Origin: Malacoraja senta | Lineage: Eukaryota | Direction: 5' to 3' | Length of the DNA stretch: 64,000 nucleotides | Assembly: GCA_038087875.1 (NCBI GenBank) | Contig: CM075993.1 | Span: 9,612,001 to 9,676,000, forward strand | In this document: positions 38,100 to 52,217 of the stretch, one piece after another | Layout: every line of letters starts with the position of its first letter | How positions within the stretch are numbered: position 1 is the first letter of the stretch | Translations under genes and position numbers: made by a program | Notes under the pieces: generated by a model | The model's input: only the letters and a program-made list of their open reading frames with translations | Told to the model about the DNA's origin: nothing | Databases searched by the model: none

Positions 38100-40963
38100 C
38101 TGCAATAGAGTTTCATTTTTGATTGATTGAAAGACACAGCTTAGAAACAGGCCCTTCGTCCCACGCTGACCATTGATCACCCGTTCAAACTGGTTCTGTT
38201 ATTCCACTTTCTAATCCACTCCCTACACATTAGAGGCAATTTTACAGAGGCCAATGAACCTACAAACCTGCATGTCTTTGGGATGTGGGAGGAAACAGGA
38301 GTACCCGGAGGAAACCCAAGCGGTCACAGGAAGAATGTAGAAATTCCACAAGGACAACACCAGAGGTCAGGATGGAACCCGGTACTCTGGCACTGCGAGG
38401 CAGACAATACGACCATAAGACATTGAAATAAAATTAGGCCATTTGGCCCATAGAGTCTGCTCCACCGTTCGATCATGTCTGATCATTTTTTCCCCCTCAA
38501 CCCCATTCTGCCTTCTCCCTGCGATGTTTGACGTCCTTACTAATCAAGAACTTAGCAATCTCTGCTTTAAAAATACCCATTGACTTGGCCTCCACAGCCG
38601 TCTGTGGCAATGCATTCCATAGATTCACCACCCTCTGACTAAAGAACTTGCTCTTCATCTCCACTCCTATCTGTTCTAGGTAATGTCACAAGTTGAAACA
38701 CAATTGGTTTAAATGCCTGTGACCCCATTAAAACATCTACAGCAACAAATAAGATGTTGAAGGGAAATTGGGCCATGCACAGTCAGACCTTGCCCAGAAT
38801 GTGTTCCACTCGGAGCAGTACACGTTGGCAAGAATATATGGACTATGCAGAGGCCAAACACAAACGTGTTGTCAGCAATGTAATTATAATGGTGATTGAT
38901 TTTAGAAAGTTAGAGAAACTGCCTTGATAGTATTAGTGTGTTCTGAGGGAGAATAACTGTTAAAGTGCCACGCGGGAGTGGATGGAGGGGAAGGGAATGA
39001 AGTTCCTGAAGTGTCTCAATGGACCTCAGGACTGGGATTAAATGATCTATTGGTAAATCCATCGTGGGAATGGAGTCAAGGTGGGTAAATTAAGAATGTG
39101 CCAGCTCCCTAGCCAGAAACTAAACATTTCCCAGATTCAATTTGCCTCAATAGACAATAGACAATAGGTGCAGGATCAGGCCATTCGGCCCTTCGAGCCA
39201 GCACCGCCATTCAATGTGATCATGGCTGACCATCCCCAATCAGTACCCCGTTCCTGCCTTCTCCCCATATCCCCTGACTCCGCTATTTATAAGAGCCCTA
39301 TCTAGCTCTCTTGAAAGCATCCAGAGAACCTGCCTCCACCGCCCTCTGAGGCAGAGAATTCCACAGACTCACCACTCTCTGTGAGAAAAAGTGTTTCCTC
39401 GTCTCCGTTCCAAATGGCCTCCTGATGCTGCAAGATCTCACTATACTATTAACCAGTGCTTTTTAGTGATGATACCGACATTATATAGTGCTGGCTCCTC
39501 TACAAAGTTAAACATCATTATTTCATTTTCCGGCCACTTGACACGCAAGTTTATTACTTGTGCGTACTGGCACCTTTTTATTTGCAAAAAAAAGTATTGT
39601 TATTAACATATTGTAGTGAAGTTTCGCTAGGTGTTGCCATGTATCCTCCTGCAATTATGCTGGGGAATGTGACTATTATACCCGTGCCAGTTAGAAATGG
39701 CATGAAGTCTCGGGACTGGGCGAGGGATGGTCAAGAGTATAAATAATGATCTCCTTATTTCTTTTTTTTCCTTCTTTTTTTACTCTCTTTTCCCCATTTT
39801 CTTTTCTTTAACTTTCTTCTTTCATTCTTTTTTCTTCTTCTTCACACACTATATATCTCACGTTTTTCTATACTTTATTATCTAATTTATTTTTCTTATT
39901 CTTCTTTATTATAATAAATAAATAAGAAGCTGTACATAAAATGTATTAAGAAAATATATATTAGGCACTTTGGTGCCATACGATTGTACTTACTTCTAAT
40001 AAAATAAAAAAAAATAATTAAAAAAAAAAAAAGGCAGTGGACCATTCATTTAAATGGTGAAGAACTACTATGATGGGGGGAAGAGTAAATATTGGATATT
40101 TAACATGCTTTTGAAATAATTATCTAATTTATTTTATTTATTTATTTTATTATTATTATTTTTATTTTTTTTATTTTTATTTATTTATTTATTAGAAGTA
40201 CATTACATTACAACCAATTACATTAGTACTCATCACGTATATCTTATTACAATTAATGTACTCCATCATTTTTTACACTGATAAAAAGGAAAGGTTGAGA
40301 TTAAGAAAAAAGAGAAAGTGAAGGAAAATAGTGAAGGTGTAAAAACGTGACAACAAGAAAGAACAGGGACCCTGTAGAAAAGAAATTAAAAAGAAAGGAT
40401 TAAGAGATAGACCCTAAAGAAGAAAAAAAAGAGAGAGAGGAAAAAAGAGAAAAACAAATACTTTGTTATAAGCATCACGCAAATGGGACATACCAACTCT
40501 CCAGCTTTCATCCCCCTTTACCTGACGTCAGGTTTTTTTTAAAGTACTTTTGCACCCTATACTTGTAATAATTCTATAAATGCAGACCACGTCAGGTGGA
40601 AGTGATCTGGTTTACCTGCCAGGAGGTAATTTCTTATTGTTGGATTTGAGTATTCTTGACTCGAGTAGTCATTTAGAGAGGTTCAAAGGGTTTTTACAGC
40701 TTTGACAGCCAGCAAAGCGTAGACTTGGCTATTCCGACTGCTGAAGTTTCTTCAGTTCATCAGTGAGTTAGGGAACAAATAGGTTCATGAATGATAGGAG
40801 CTAAATTAAGTCATTTGGCCCATCAAGTCTACTCCGCCATTCAATCATGGTTGATCTATCTTTCCCTCTTAACCCCATTCTCCTGCCTTCTCTCTATCTC
40901 TGCCTTAAAAATATCCATTGACTTGGCCTCCACAGCCGTCTGTAGCAAATTAATAAAACTCAC

Positions 40964-41300
40964 TGATTGTCTCCAGGGACATAATCTTGCCATCAATGGT
41001 TGTGATTGGTGTGTTTGTAGGAAAACCTTTCTGGTTTAGGAACATCATGACTCGCGTTTGTGCTTCCACCAAATCAGCGTCTTGGCTCTCGGCAGTGTTC
41101 AGAACCTTGAGGACGTAGCTCTTCCCGTGATCTCCACCATCCTGGGTCTCGCACACCAGGACGTGGAAGTTCTGGTCTATGTAACTGGGCAGTGGTTGGA
41201 CTTTTGAAACCTTCAGACTGTACAACCGTCCGACCAACTCCACCACCTGGGCCTCACTCAGTGAGGGTCTGATTACAGCAGCTTTCTCCGAGTCAGACAT
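40964..41300 (-). CDS. HYKK: HYKK first coding exon (337 nt)
   Basis: MSDSEKAAVIRPSLSE…PLPSYIDQNFHV…YVLKVLN. The ATG directly follows a tttcctag acceptor, implying an upstream non-coding exon that was not located. The spliced CDS is 1146 nt and open. Confidence 0.93.
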
Positions 41301-41564
41301 CTAGGAAACAATAAATTATTGGAAGAAATAAAACTTCTTCCACAAGTGCCATAGTCTTGATAAAATGTCCTTAAAGTGGACCATTCATTTCAATGGAGAA
41401 GAACTACTGTGAGTCATACAACACAGATCACGCTGTTCGGCCCAACTTGTCCATGCTTACCAATATGTCCGACTGAGCGAGTTCCATTTGCCTATGTTTG
41501 GCTCATATGCCTATAAACCCTTTCTATTTATGTACCTGTTCAAATCTCTTTTAAATGTTGTATT

Positions 41565-42220
41565 TAATCTCCAAGGACCTTAAGTGGGGGGCTCCCATCG
41601 ACTCCACAGTCAAAAAGGCACAACAGAGGATGTACTTCCTACGGCAGCTGAGGAAGCACAATCTGTCACAGGCAATGATGGTCCAATTCTACACGGCCAT
41701 CGTAGAGTCTGTTCTCACCTTCTCCATCATTGTCTGGTTTGGCTCAGCCATGAAGCTCGACACCTGGAGGCTGCAGCGAATCGTCCAATCAGCAGAGAAG
41801 GTTATTGGCTGCAACCTTCCCTCCATTGATGAACTGTACCCTGCAAGGGCCAGGAAGTGAGCGGGCAAGATCATCTCTGACCCCTCTCACCCTGGCCACA
41901 AACTCTTTGAATCACTTCCCTCTGGAAGGCGACTCCGGACTGTCAAAGCTGCCACAGCCAGACATAAAAACAGTTTTTATCCACGAGTAGTTGCTCTAAT
42001 CAACAGCCACAAATCTGTAGCCTCCCTTTGATCTGGTATTTTGTTGGTTCACATGCTTGATCAATGGTGTTTTATCATTAATGTTTTATTATTATTAATG
42101 TTTAGTGTTTTCTGAGGCATTCGTAACTGTCACTGTATGTCATGTTGTTACTTGTGGGCGGAGCACCAAGCCAAATTCCTTGTATGTGAATATTTGGCCA
42201 ATAAACTTACTTACTTATTT
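41565..42220 (+). mobile_element. Rex1/Babar-like LINE 3' fragment
   Basis: KKAQQRMYFLRQLRK…FYTAIVESVLTFSIIVWFG and a (ttac)n tail after AATAAA. Confidence 0.75.
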
Positions 42221-43757
42221 ACACCCACTTTTATACCTTTCTCTGGCAGCTCGTTCCATATACCCACCACCCTTTGGATGAAAATGTTGCCCCTCAAGTC
42301 CCGTTTAAATGTTTCCCCTTTCACTTTATACATGTATCCTTCTGTTTTAGAGATCCTTACCCTGGGAAACTGTGACCATTCACCTTAACTATGTCTCTCC
42401 TGATATTATATACCTCAATGAGGTCACCCCTTAACCACCAATGCTCTAGAGAAACAAATCCCAGCTTATCCAATCTCTCCTTTCAATTCACGCCATCCAG
42501 TCCCAGTATATTTTCCACACCTTTTCCAGCTTATTGACATAGAATGATTGTGGCAAGGCTTGTCAGCTTTAGTGGGCTGCAGAGCAAAGTCGGGCAGTGT
42601 CACTGGAAACGTTGCATCCATCCCCAATAAGCTCAATGCATTCTGTGCCAGCTTTGTACAGAACGGTGGCATCAACCACCCACCGGCGTGCCTATACCCA
42701 CAGTTACTGTCGCAGATGCCAGATCGGTGTCGCCGAACGTGGAGAGCAGCTGGCCCAGATGGAGTCCCCAGCCGCCTCCTCTGCACCTGAATATACCAGC
42801 TGGCAAGAGTGTTCACAGACTATTATATATCTCCCCCACCAGCTTCTCGTTCTCACCCAGCCAACAGCCAACAATGTTTCTTTTATCATCGTTACTTTTT
42901 TGCATATCTTTCATTCATTGTTTTTTTATCTCTCTACATCATCGTCTATGTCTCTCGTTTCCCTTTCCTGTGACTTTCAGTCTGAAGAAGGATCTCGACG
43001 CGAAACGTCACCCATTCCTTTCAAGATACAAGATTCAAGAGAGTTTATTGTCATGTGTCTCAGATAGGACAATGAAATTCTTGCTTTGCTTCAGCACAAC
43101 AGAATATAGTAGGCATGAATACAGAACAGATCAGTGTGTCCATATACCATTATATAAATATATACACACATGAATAAATAAACAGATAAAGTGTAAATAA
43201 ACAGATAATGGGCTATTAATGTTCAGAGTTTTGTTTGAGTTGAGTGTAATAGCCTGATGGCTGTAGGAAAGTAGCTATTCCTGAACCTGGACGTTCCTTC
43301 TCTCCAGAGGAACAGCCTGTCCCGCTGAGATACTCCAGCATTTTGTGTCTATCTTCGGTTTAAACCAGCATCTGCAGTTCCTTCCTACATATATACAGAC
43401 AATAGTCTTTAACCTCTCATTCCTCCATTCTGAGGTTCCCACCTGTTTTAAGAAGACTACTATCATCCTGGTGCCAAAGACAAGCAAGGGAGATGCCTGA
43501 ATGACTACAATCCGATGTCTCAGACATCCAATACCTTTGAGAGGCTGGTCATGGTGCACGTGAAGTGCAGCCTCCCAGACAGCCTTGATCCACTGCTATT
43601 CACCTAGCGTCACAACAGGTCCATGGCAGACATCATCTTCCTGGCCCTATGGTCATCCCTGGAACATCTGGATAACAGGACACCCACATCAGACTCCTAT
43701 TTGTTGACTATAACAGTTCTTTCAACACCATCATTCAACTGAACCCATCTCCAAGCT

Positions 43758-43955
43758 GCGTAGGAAGAAACTGCAGATGCTGGTTTAAACCAAAGGTAGG
43801 CATAAAATGCTGGAGTAACTCAGCGGGACAGGCAGCATCTCTGGAGCGAAGGAATGGGTGACGTTTCGGGTCTGAAGAAGGGACTTGACACGAAACGTCA
43901 CCTATTCTCTCCAGAGATGCTGCCTGTCCCGCTGAGTTACTCCAGCATTTTGTGT
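43758..43955. mobile_element. Fold-back short element with a hammerhead core and a 13-bp TSD
   Basis: CTGAAGA at 43872 and GAAACGTC at 43892; ccatctccaagct at 43745-43757 and 43956-43968. Confidence 0.7.
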
Positions 43956-44121
43956 CCATCTCCAAGCTCCTGGACCTGGGAGTCAGCACCCCATCTGCAA
44001 CTGGATCCTTGCCTTTCTAATCCAGACAACAATGAGCAACTAAATGTGACAAAACATGCTCAGTGATAATTCCGGTTCTTCAAGGATGTGTTCTCAGCCT
44101 CTCACTATACTCCCTAAACAC

Positions 44122-45170
44122 CAGAGCTGCCAAGTTTTGTCAGAGCATTTCAGTATTCTAGCTAGTACCTGAAAATCAGTATTTTGCTGAGGAAATCAGT
44201 ATTTTTACGCGGACCCATTTTGCTGAAAAAATGTTTTTTTTTATGTGAGGTCATACCCATTTTAGAGTACAAGAATGCATAACTTTGCTACCAATTGACA
44301 TGTCTTCTATGCATTCATTGCCATCTCTTTGTATAATAAGAGGGAGTTAGATGTGGCCCTTTTGGCTAAAGGGATCAGGGGGTATGGAGAGAAGGCAGGT
44401 ACAGGATACTGAGTTGGATGATCAGCCATGATCATATTGAATGGCAGTGCAGGCTCAAAGGGCCGAATGGCCTACTCCTGCACCTATTTTCTATGTTTCT
44501 ATGTAATGCTGTTTGAACTTAACTGCTGCTTCCTGCTTTTAGCACCAGATGATGATGTAGAAGCCATTTTGGAAGCCTCCCTCACCCTCTCTTGCTCTCT
44601 CTCCCACCTTCCTCTCTTTCCCTCCCTCTCCCTCTCTCCGTCTCTCCCTCCCTCTCCCTCCCCCTCCCTCTTTCCCTCCCTCTATCCTTCCTTTTTTTCC
44701 CCCTCCCTCTCTTATTCCCTCCCTCCCTCTCACTCCCTCTCTCCTGCTCCCTCTCTCCCTCCCTCCTTCTCCCTCTCTCCCTCCGCGAACAGTCTATGAC
44801 CCATAGCGCTATGTTTAAAGCCCTGAGCGCTCCAGCCGATAGCGCTATATTTAGAACCCATAGTGCTGCAGCCGACAGCTCTTCGTTTAAATTCCCACGC
44901 GCTAAATTGACAGCGCTGTTTAAACCTGGAGCGGGACAGGCAGATCAAAGCTTACAAAAATAATCATCCAGATCTTGAATTTAAAAATGCTATAATTTTT
45001 AGAGGTACAGTAGGACTTTTTATATCCTTGCATTTTTTAAGCAGCAAGATGAAACAGGAAGTTGGGCCGAGTTAAAAAAAATCCGTATTTAATAAAGCGA
45101 AATCGTACATCAGTATTCTTATCGCATTTCCGTACAAAATACGGAAAATCCGTACTACTTGGCAGCTCTG
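44122..45170. mobile_element. Non-autonomous DNA transposon with 14-bp TIRs
   Basis: CAGAGCTGCCAAGT at 44122 and its reverse complement at 45157-45170, flanked by AAACAC on both sides. Confidence 0.75.
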
Positions 45171-45259
45171 AAACACACACACAACTGTGCGGCCAAATTC
45201 TGCTCCACCTACACCTGCAAGTTTTCAGAAGACAACACTGTGGTGGGTGGGATCTCGAA

Positions 45260-48200
45260 CAATAATAATAATAATAATAATAGATTTTATTTATATAGCG
45301 CTTTTCAGGACTCAAAGTCGCTTTACAATTGAGAGTCAGGAATAAACAAAACAAAATAGAGCAGTAAGACAGAGGGGAGGGGAACATGGGACTAAGGGTA
45401 TGCAGAGGTGAAGAGATGGGTCTTGAGGCGGGTCTGGAAGATGGTGAGGGACTCAGATATTCGGACCGGTTGTGGGAGGGAATTCCAGAGCCTGGGAGCT
45501 GCCCTGGAGAAGGCTCTGCCTCCAAAAGTGCAGAGGTTTGATTTCAGAGTGGAGAGGAGACCAGCTGATGTGGATCTGAGGGACCGTGAGGGTTGGTAGG
45601 GGAGAGGAGGTCAATGAGATAAGGGGGGGGGGGGGCCAGGTTGTTGAGGGCTTTGTAGGTGAGGACCAGGATTTTGTAGGTAATCCGGTGGGAAATGGGA
45701 AGCCAGTGAAGTTCTTTGAGAACTGGTGATGTGGTGCCAGGATTTGGTGTGGGTGACGAGTCGAGCGGCTGCATTTTGGACCAGTTGGAGTCAGTTGATG
45801 CTGCTGGAATTGATCCGAAAAAGAAGAGTTACAGTAGTTCAGTTGGGAGGAGATGAAGGCATGGATGAGTCTTTCAGCAGCGGGGGTGTGAGAGAGGATC
45901 TGATTTTTGCAATGTTGCGGAGGTGAAAAAATGATGTTTTGACAACATGGCGGATGTGAGGCTCAAGGAGAGGGTTGAATAAAAGATCACGCCAAAGTTG
46001 CGGGCCTGAGAGATGGGGAGACAGTGGTGCCGTCAATAGTGAGAGTGGGGTTGTTAATTTTAGTGAGTGTTGATTTGGAGCCAATGAGGAGAAATTCTGT
46101 TTTGCTACTGTTTAATTTAAGGAAGTTGAGTTGCATCCAAGATTGATGGCTGATAGGCAGGAGTTGATATGGGAGAGAGGGGGTGGTGGGGGGACTTGGT
46201 GCTGAGATAGATCTGGGTGTCATCAGCATAGCAGTGGAAGTCCAGGTTGAAGTGACGGAGTATATGACCAAGGGGGAGGATGTAGATGATGAAGAGGAGG
46301 GGACCAAGAACGGAGCCTTGGGGAACGCCTTGAGTGACAGTGGCTGTGGCAGAGGTGTGGTTATGGAGAGAGATGAAGTGGGATCGGTTGGAAAGGTAGG
46401 AACGGAACCAGCTGAGTGCAGAACCTTCAATGCCAAGGTCCCTAAGTCTGGTGAGCAGGATGTTGTGGTTGACGGTATCGAAGGCTGCACTCAGGTCGAG
46501 GAGGATGAGGATATTGAGGAGCCAGTGTCAGCAGAGGTAAGGAGGTCATTGAGGACTTTGAGGAGAGCAGTTTCTGTGCTATGGAGGGGGCGAAAGCCAG
46601 ATTGGAGGGGTTCGAATAGGTTATACGCGAGGAGGTGGGAATGAAGTTGTGACGCGACGATGCGCTCCAGGGTTTTTGAAAGAAAGGGGAGGTTTGAGAT
46701 CGGGCGGTAGTTAATGAGAGAGGAGGGATCAAGACCAGGTTTCTTTAAGATTGGTGTGACAGCAGCAGTTTTGAAAGCAGAGGGGACAATTCCTTGGGAC
46801 AATGAGGAGTTGAAAAGATTAGTGAGGTAGGGGCAGAGAGCAGGGAGGCAGGACTTCAGCAGGGGAGTGGGGAGAGGGTCAAGGAGCAGGTAGTGGGTTT
46901 GGAAGAGCTGATGAGTTTGGAGATTTCAGTAGGGTGACCGGGTCAAACTGGGAGAGGAAGCAGTGAGGGGGAGGGGTATGGAGATCAGCGGAGATGTTGA
47001 AAGGAGGGGCCTTGGTAGGTGGTGGAGTAGATGCTGGGGAGTCGGGTACAGGGGATAGGGATTGATAGATGGTGCTAATTTTATCAGCAAAAAAGTGGAG
47101 GAATGAGTTGCAGAGATCCGGAGTGGAGGTAGGGAGAGTGATGGCTCGAGGCTTGAGGAGGTTGCAGACTGTGGAGAAGAGGGTTCTGTGGTTTAGGCAG
47201 GGGTCAGTGAATATGGAGGAGAGGTATGCAGATTTAGCAGCAATGAGGGCATCTTTGTAGGCAGTGAGGTGGAGTTTGTAAGCTTCATGGTGGACTGTGA
47301 GAGGTGATTTCTTTATGAGTCGTTCAATTCGGCGACCAATCTGTTTCAGCTTACGAAGTGCAGGTGTGTACCAGGGTGAAGATTTATTAAAAGTTACAGT
47401 TCTTGTTTTGAGGGGAGCCAGAGTGTTAAGGCTCTGTCTTACCTGTTTGCGGTCATCGGCCGTGAAGCGCGGCGTCGCCGGTAGCGAGGACCGCGCGGCA
47501 ACGGCGAGAGCGTCGAGCCTATCCACCGGAGCGCCGCACGGATGCTGCGCGGGGGCCGAGTTAATTCAAACACGGCGGGTCCCACGTGCTTGCGGTAAGT
47601 AAAAAAAGGGCGGGCCGACTGCGATGACGTCGGCCCGCCGCACGTGACTCACCAGCGGCGGCTGTGGTGGCGGCCATCCTGATCGCGGCGCTGTAGCGGT
47701 GGCTGTGCCTGCGGCCGTGCAGCACACGTGCCTCACTGGCGGCGGCACGTGCGTCACTGGCGGAGGCTGTGGCAGTGGAGGTTTGACGCACGGCGCTCGA
47801 GCCATACTGGCGGCGGCCCGTGCGAGCGGCCGTGCCGCACTTGTGCATCACTGGTGGAGGTTGTGCGGTGAGTATTTAGTTTTGGACATTGTCGATTTTA
47901 TTTTAGCACCGCGCGGTGTTGGGAACACCGCCGCACGGCCCGGGAATTGTACTTTCTCACGAGTGCGCGGTCTATGGCGACGGATTCCTCCCGTTTCGCC
48001 GCCATAGACCGCAGACTCGTGAGACAGGCCTTTCAAGGGAGGTAGACAAGGTGGAATTGAGATGGTTTGTGAGATCATCAGGTGAGATGTGGGTTGAGTC
48101 CAGGGGGAGAGTGGTGGAGAGCAGGTCAGAGAGATGGTGAGGGTCGATGGATTTTAGATTACGGAAGGTGATTTCTCGGAGGAAGCGGGGGCGAGGTGTC

Positions 48201-48750
48201 GGAGAAGGGATGGTGAACCGAATGAGCTTATGATCAGAGAGGGGGAAGAGGCATGGATGGAGGTCGAGTACCGGTTGATTTGTGGAGCAGACCAGGTCAA
48301 GGATGTGACCTTTGTCATGAGTGGGAAAGGTGACGCGCTGAGTGAGAGAGAAGTTGTCAAGTAGAAAAGAGAATTCAGATGCGAACTTACAGGTGGGGGA
48401 GTCCATATGAATATTTAAGTCACCAAGTAGCAGCAGACATGGGGTGAGAGATGAGACAAGTGTGAGGAGTTCAGTGAAGTCAGATAGGAAGGAGGGGTTT
48501 GGTTTAGGTGGCCGGTAAATGAGGATGACTGTCATGGAGGAAAGGGCTTTGAAGGCGAGGAATTCAAATGATGCTACTGGTGGGAGGGTGAGTTCAACAA
48601 TCGGAAAGTTCTGGTTGAAAATAACAGCGAGGCCGCCTCCATGGCGGGAAGGGCGGGGTTTGGAAATATAATTAAACCCAGATGGGGATGCTTGGTTGAG
48701 GGAGAAGAAGACATTGGGTTGTTGCCAGGTTTCAGTGAGCAGAAGGAAGT
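45260..48750 (-). mobile_element. L2-clade LINE (APE endonuclease plus RT), frameshifted
   Basis: LLGDLNIH, HDKGHILDLV, YRPISNLPFLSK, QSGFRPLHSTETALL, FHCYADDTQIY and an (ATT)n tail. Confidence 0.85.
47428..48033. mobile_element. GC-rich MITE-like insertion within the L2
   Basis: Imperfect terminal inverted repeats aaggctctgtcttac / gtgagacaggcctt. It interrupts L2 coding sequence. Confidence 0.55.
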
Positions 48751-51729
48751 CAAGACAAGATGGAGTACAGGAAGGAGGTAGTGAGCTTAAGAGGGGGTTG
48801 TCAAGACAACAACTTCTCCCTCAATGTCAGCAAAACAAAGGAGCTGGTCACTGACTTCAGGAAGCCTGGTGGAATACATGTCCCAATCAGCATCACTGCT
48901 ACTGAAGTGGGAAAGATCGAGAGCTTCATATTACCAGTTTAACCGAAGATAGGCACAAAAAGCTGGAGCAACTCAGCAGGCAGACAGCATCTTTGGTGAG
49001 AAGGAATGGATGACGTTTCAGGACGAGCGGTGTGGATGTGATTAAGGCTTTCAAAAGACATTTGGACAGAGACTTGGCGAGGAAGGGTTCAGAGGAATAC
49101 AGGCCACATGCATGCAAATGGAACAAGCCCAGAATGGCAACATGGTCAGTACGGACAATATGACCTGATCAGGTTACATTGAATGGATCAGAGCCAGTTA
49201 TAGGATCAGTCAGAACCGTTCGCGGAGCTCGGATGCGGCCGCTGGACTTACCATCACCCGGCGGGGTCCCAACATTGGAAGCCTGGATCGCCACAACGCA
49301 GAGGGAGAATAAGGAGGGAAGAGACAAGGACTTTAAGACTTTTGCCTTCCATCACAGTGAGGAGGTGCCTGGTAGACTCACTGTGGTGGATGTTAAACTG
49401 TTTCATTGTGTGTTTTCTTATTTTATTCTATGTTATAACTGCAAGGTTTACAATTTCGTTCAGACTGAAATGTCTGAATGACAATAAAGGATACTTTACT
49501 TTTACTTTACTTCATTTGAGGTCCAAATGATAATAAACGGTATTGTATTGTATTGTATTGTATAGTGGAGCGATGGGAATGTGAGTGGGAAGAGTGGGAG
49601 ACGCAGCAATAAACATTCTCTGAACCACTACAGTTTATTATGGTTGATCATGTTTCACTCCTCAAAGGCAACTTCACTCCAACTTTTGTGCCTTTCTAGC
49701 TTCTTCATCCAGGACATCATCTTAAGTTCCATCACATTCTATCTGCTGCAGATAGACACAAAAAGCTGGAGTAACTCAGCGGGTCAGGCAGCATCTCTGG
49801 AGAAAAGGAATAGGTGATGTTTTGGGTCGAGTTCCTTCTTCAGACATTCTATCTGCTGTTTGTGTTCATTGTTGGATTACTGATCAATGACATTTGTGTC
49901 TCAATATGTAACTGGTCCCAAAGGACTGAAGAATCTCTCTAAATTTGTACTTGACTTTGTTTCCACAGACTGTGTGAAAATTAAAGTCTTCATAGAGTAG
50001 TCACAGTGAATTTCAAATAACGTTCTCCGATTCCCAGCGTGTGTTCTTCAACCGCTTGCACAGAGGATCCAAATCTTCAAAGTTATGCTTCTTTTCTCAT
50101 TCCTCGCTATCACCCAGAGTTTCATTTTCCTGCTTCCCCCTTACGACAGTTTACAGAACGTTCAACTGATGTAGATTTGTTTAGTTTAGAGATACAGCGC
50201 GGAAACAGGCCCTTCGGCCCACCGAGTTACAGAAGCCTATTAACCCACAAACCCACTCGTCTTTGGAATGTGGGAGGAGACCGGAGCAGCGGGAGAAAAC
50301 TCACAAAGTCACAGGATGAATATGCAAACTCCACACAGTCAGTACCCGTAGTCAGGATCAAACCCGGATCCCTGGCGCTGTAAATATCTTCAAAAATATG
50401 GCCTGTCTTTTATTTAATCAATCCTGTCATATTTTAATGAGTGGTCTTGTTATAATTTCATGTATTGTTTTCTGAATCTGGTGAATTTAGCACCATTGCA
50501 ATTTACATCTTGCTTGTATTGCTGCTTTTGTCATCGGTATTGTTTCTGTCGGACTTCCCTTCCTGTTCAGAGCCCTTTCCATAGTTCTGTTTGTCCTGAC
50601 CAGGCCGGAATCAAAGCTAGTCCCACACGTCATGCCTTCCCGTGGCAGAAAAATGAATTCCACTTATCTAAAAATAAATCCTTCTGGAAGCTGTTTGCTT
50701 TCCTCATTTGCTAAGTCACTCTGCGCGATTGTTTAGGAGGGCTGGCCTCTCAGTTCATTCCTATCTCTTCACTTTCTCTCAGTGGCACATCCCCACACCA
50801 GTGATCCCAGCGTGGACTGTAACAACCCATTTGCTCCGTTCTTTTGTGGAACGCCACTTTGAGGTATTATGCCATGTGTACCCAGATAGACATCACACCT
50901 TTCAGGACTTCATAAGATCATAAGTGATAGGAGCAGAATTAGGCCATTCGACCCATCAAGTTTACGCCATTCAATCGTGGCTGATCTATCTCTCGCTCCC
51001 AACCCCATTCTCCTGCCTTCTCCCCATAACCTCCGACACCAGTACTAATCAACAATCTATCTATCTCTGCCTTAAATATATCCACTGACGGCCTCCACAG
51101 CCTTCTGGGGCAAAGAATTACACAGAGTCACCACCCTCTGACTAAAGAAATTCCTCCTCATCTCCTTCCTAAAAGAACGTCATTTAATTCTGAGACTTGA
51201 ACTCTTCCCCTTGTGGAAACATCAACTCCACATCCACTCTATCCAAGCCTTTTACTATTCTGTACATTTCAATGAGGTCCCGCTCATTCATCTAAACTCC
51301 AGCGAGTACAGGCCCAGTGCCGTCAAATGCTCATCATATGTTAACCTACTCATTCCTGGGCTCATTCTTGTAAATCTCCTCTGGACCCTCTCCAGAGCCA
51401 GAAAATCCTTCAATACCTTCTGACCTTCTGGACCTTCTGAATTTTGTAGGTGGCAGGGCAGTACTCTGCATATCGCCATCTTGGACAATTTTAACATTTT
51501 TTTCAAGCCAATCTAATTAACCTACAAGCTAATTAACCTACAAACCTGTACGTCTTTGGAGTGTGGGAGGAAACCGAAGTTCTTGGTGAAAACCCACGCA
51601 GATCACGGGGAGAACGTACAAACTCCATACAGACAGCACCCGTAGTCAGGATCGAACCTGGATCTCTGGCGCTGCATTTTGCAGTAAGGCAGCAACTCTA
51701 CCGCTGTGCCACCGTGACTGCCCTATATT

Positions 51730-52217
51730 GACAATAGACAATAGATAATAGACAATAGGTGCAGGAGTAGGCCATTCAGCCCTTCGAGCCAGCACCGCCA
51801 TTCAATGTGATCATGGCTGATCAACCCCAATCAGTACCCCGTTCCTGCGTTTTCCCCATATCCCCTGACTCCGCTATCTTTAAGAGCCCTATCCAGCTCT
51901 CTCTTGAAAGCATCCAGAGAACCTGCCTCCACTGCCCTCTGAGGCAGAGAATTCCACAGACTCACCACTCTCTGTGAGAAAAAGTGTTTCCTCGTCTCCG
52001 TTCTAAATGGCCTACCTCTTATTCTTAAACTGTGGCCCCTGGTTCTGGACTCCCCCAACATCAGGAACATGTTTCCTGCCTCCAGCGTGTCCAAACCCTT
52101 AACAACCTTATATGTTTCAATAAGATTCCCTCTCATCCTTCTAAACTCCAGAGTGTACAAGCCCAGCTGCTTCATTTTCTCAGCATATGACAGTCCCGCC
52201 ATCCCGGGAATTAACCT
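51730..52217 (-). mobile_element. CR1 3' fragment with a (caataga)n tail
   Basis: ORF 51831..52262 is a CR1 C-terminus; an opposite-orientation sister lies at 53455-53922. Confidence 0.8.
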
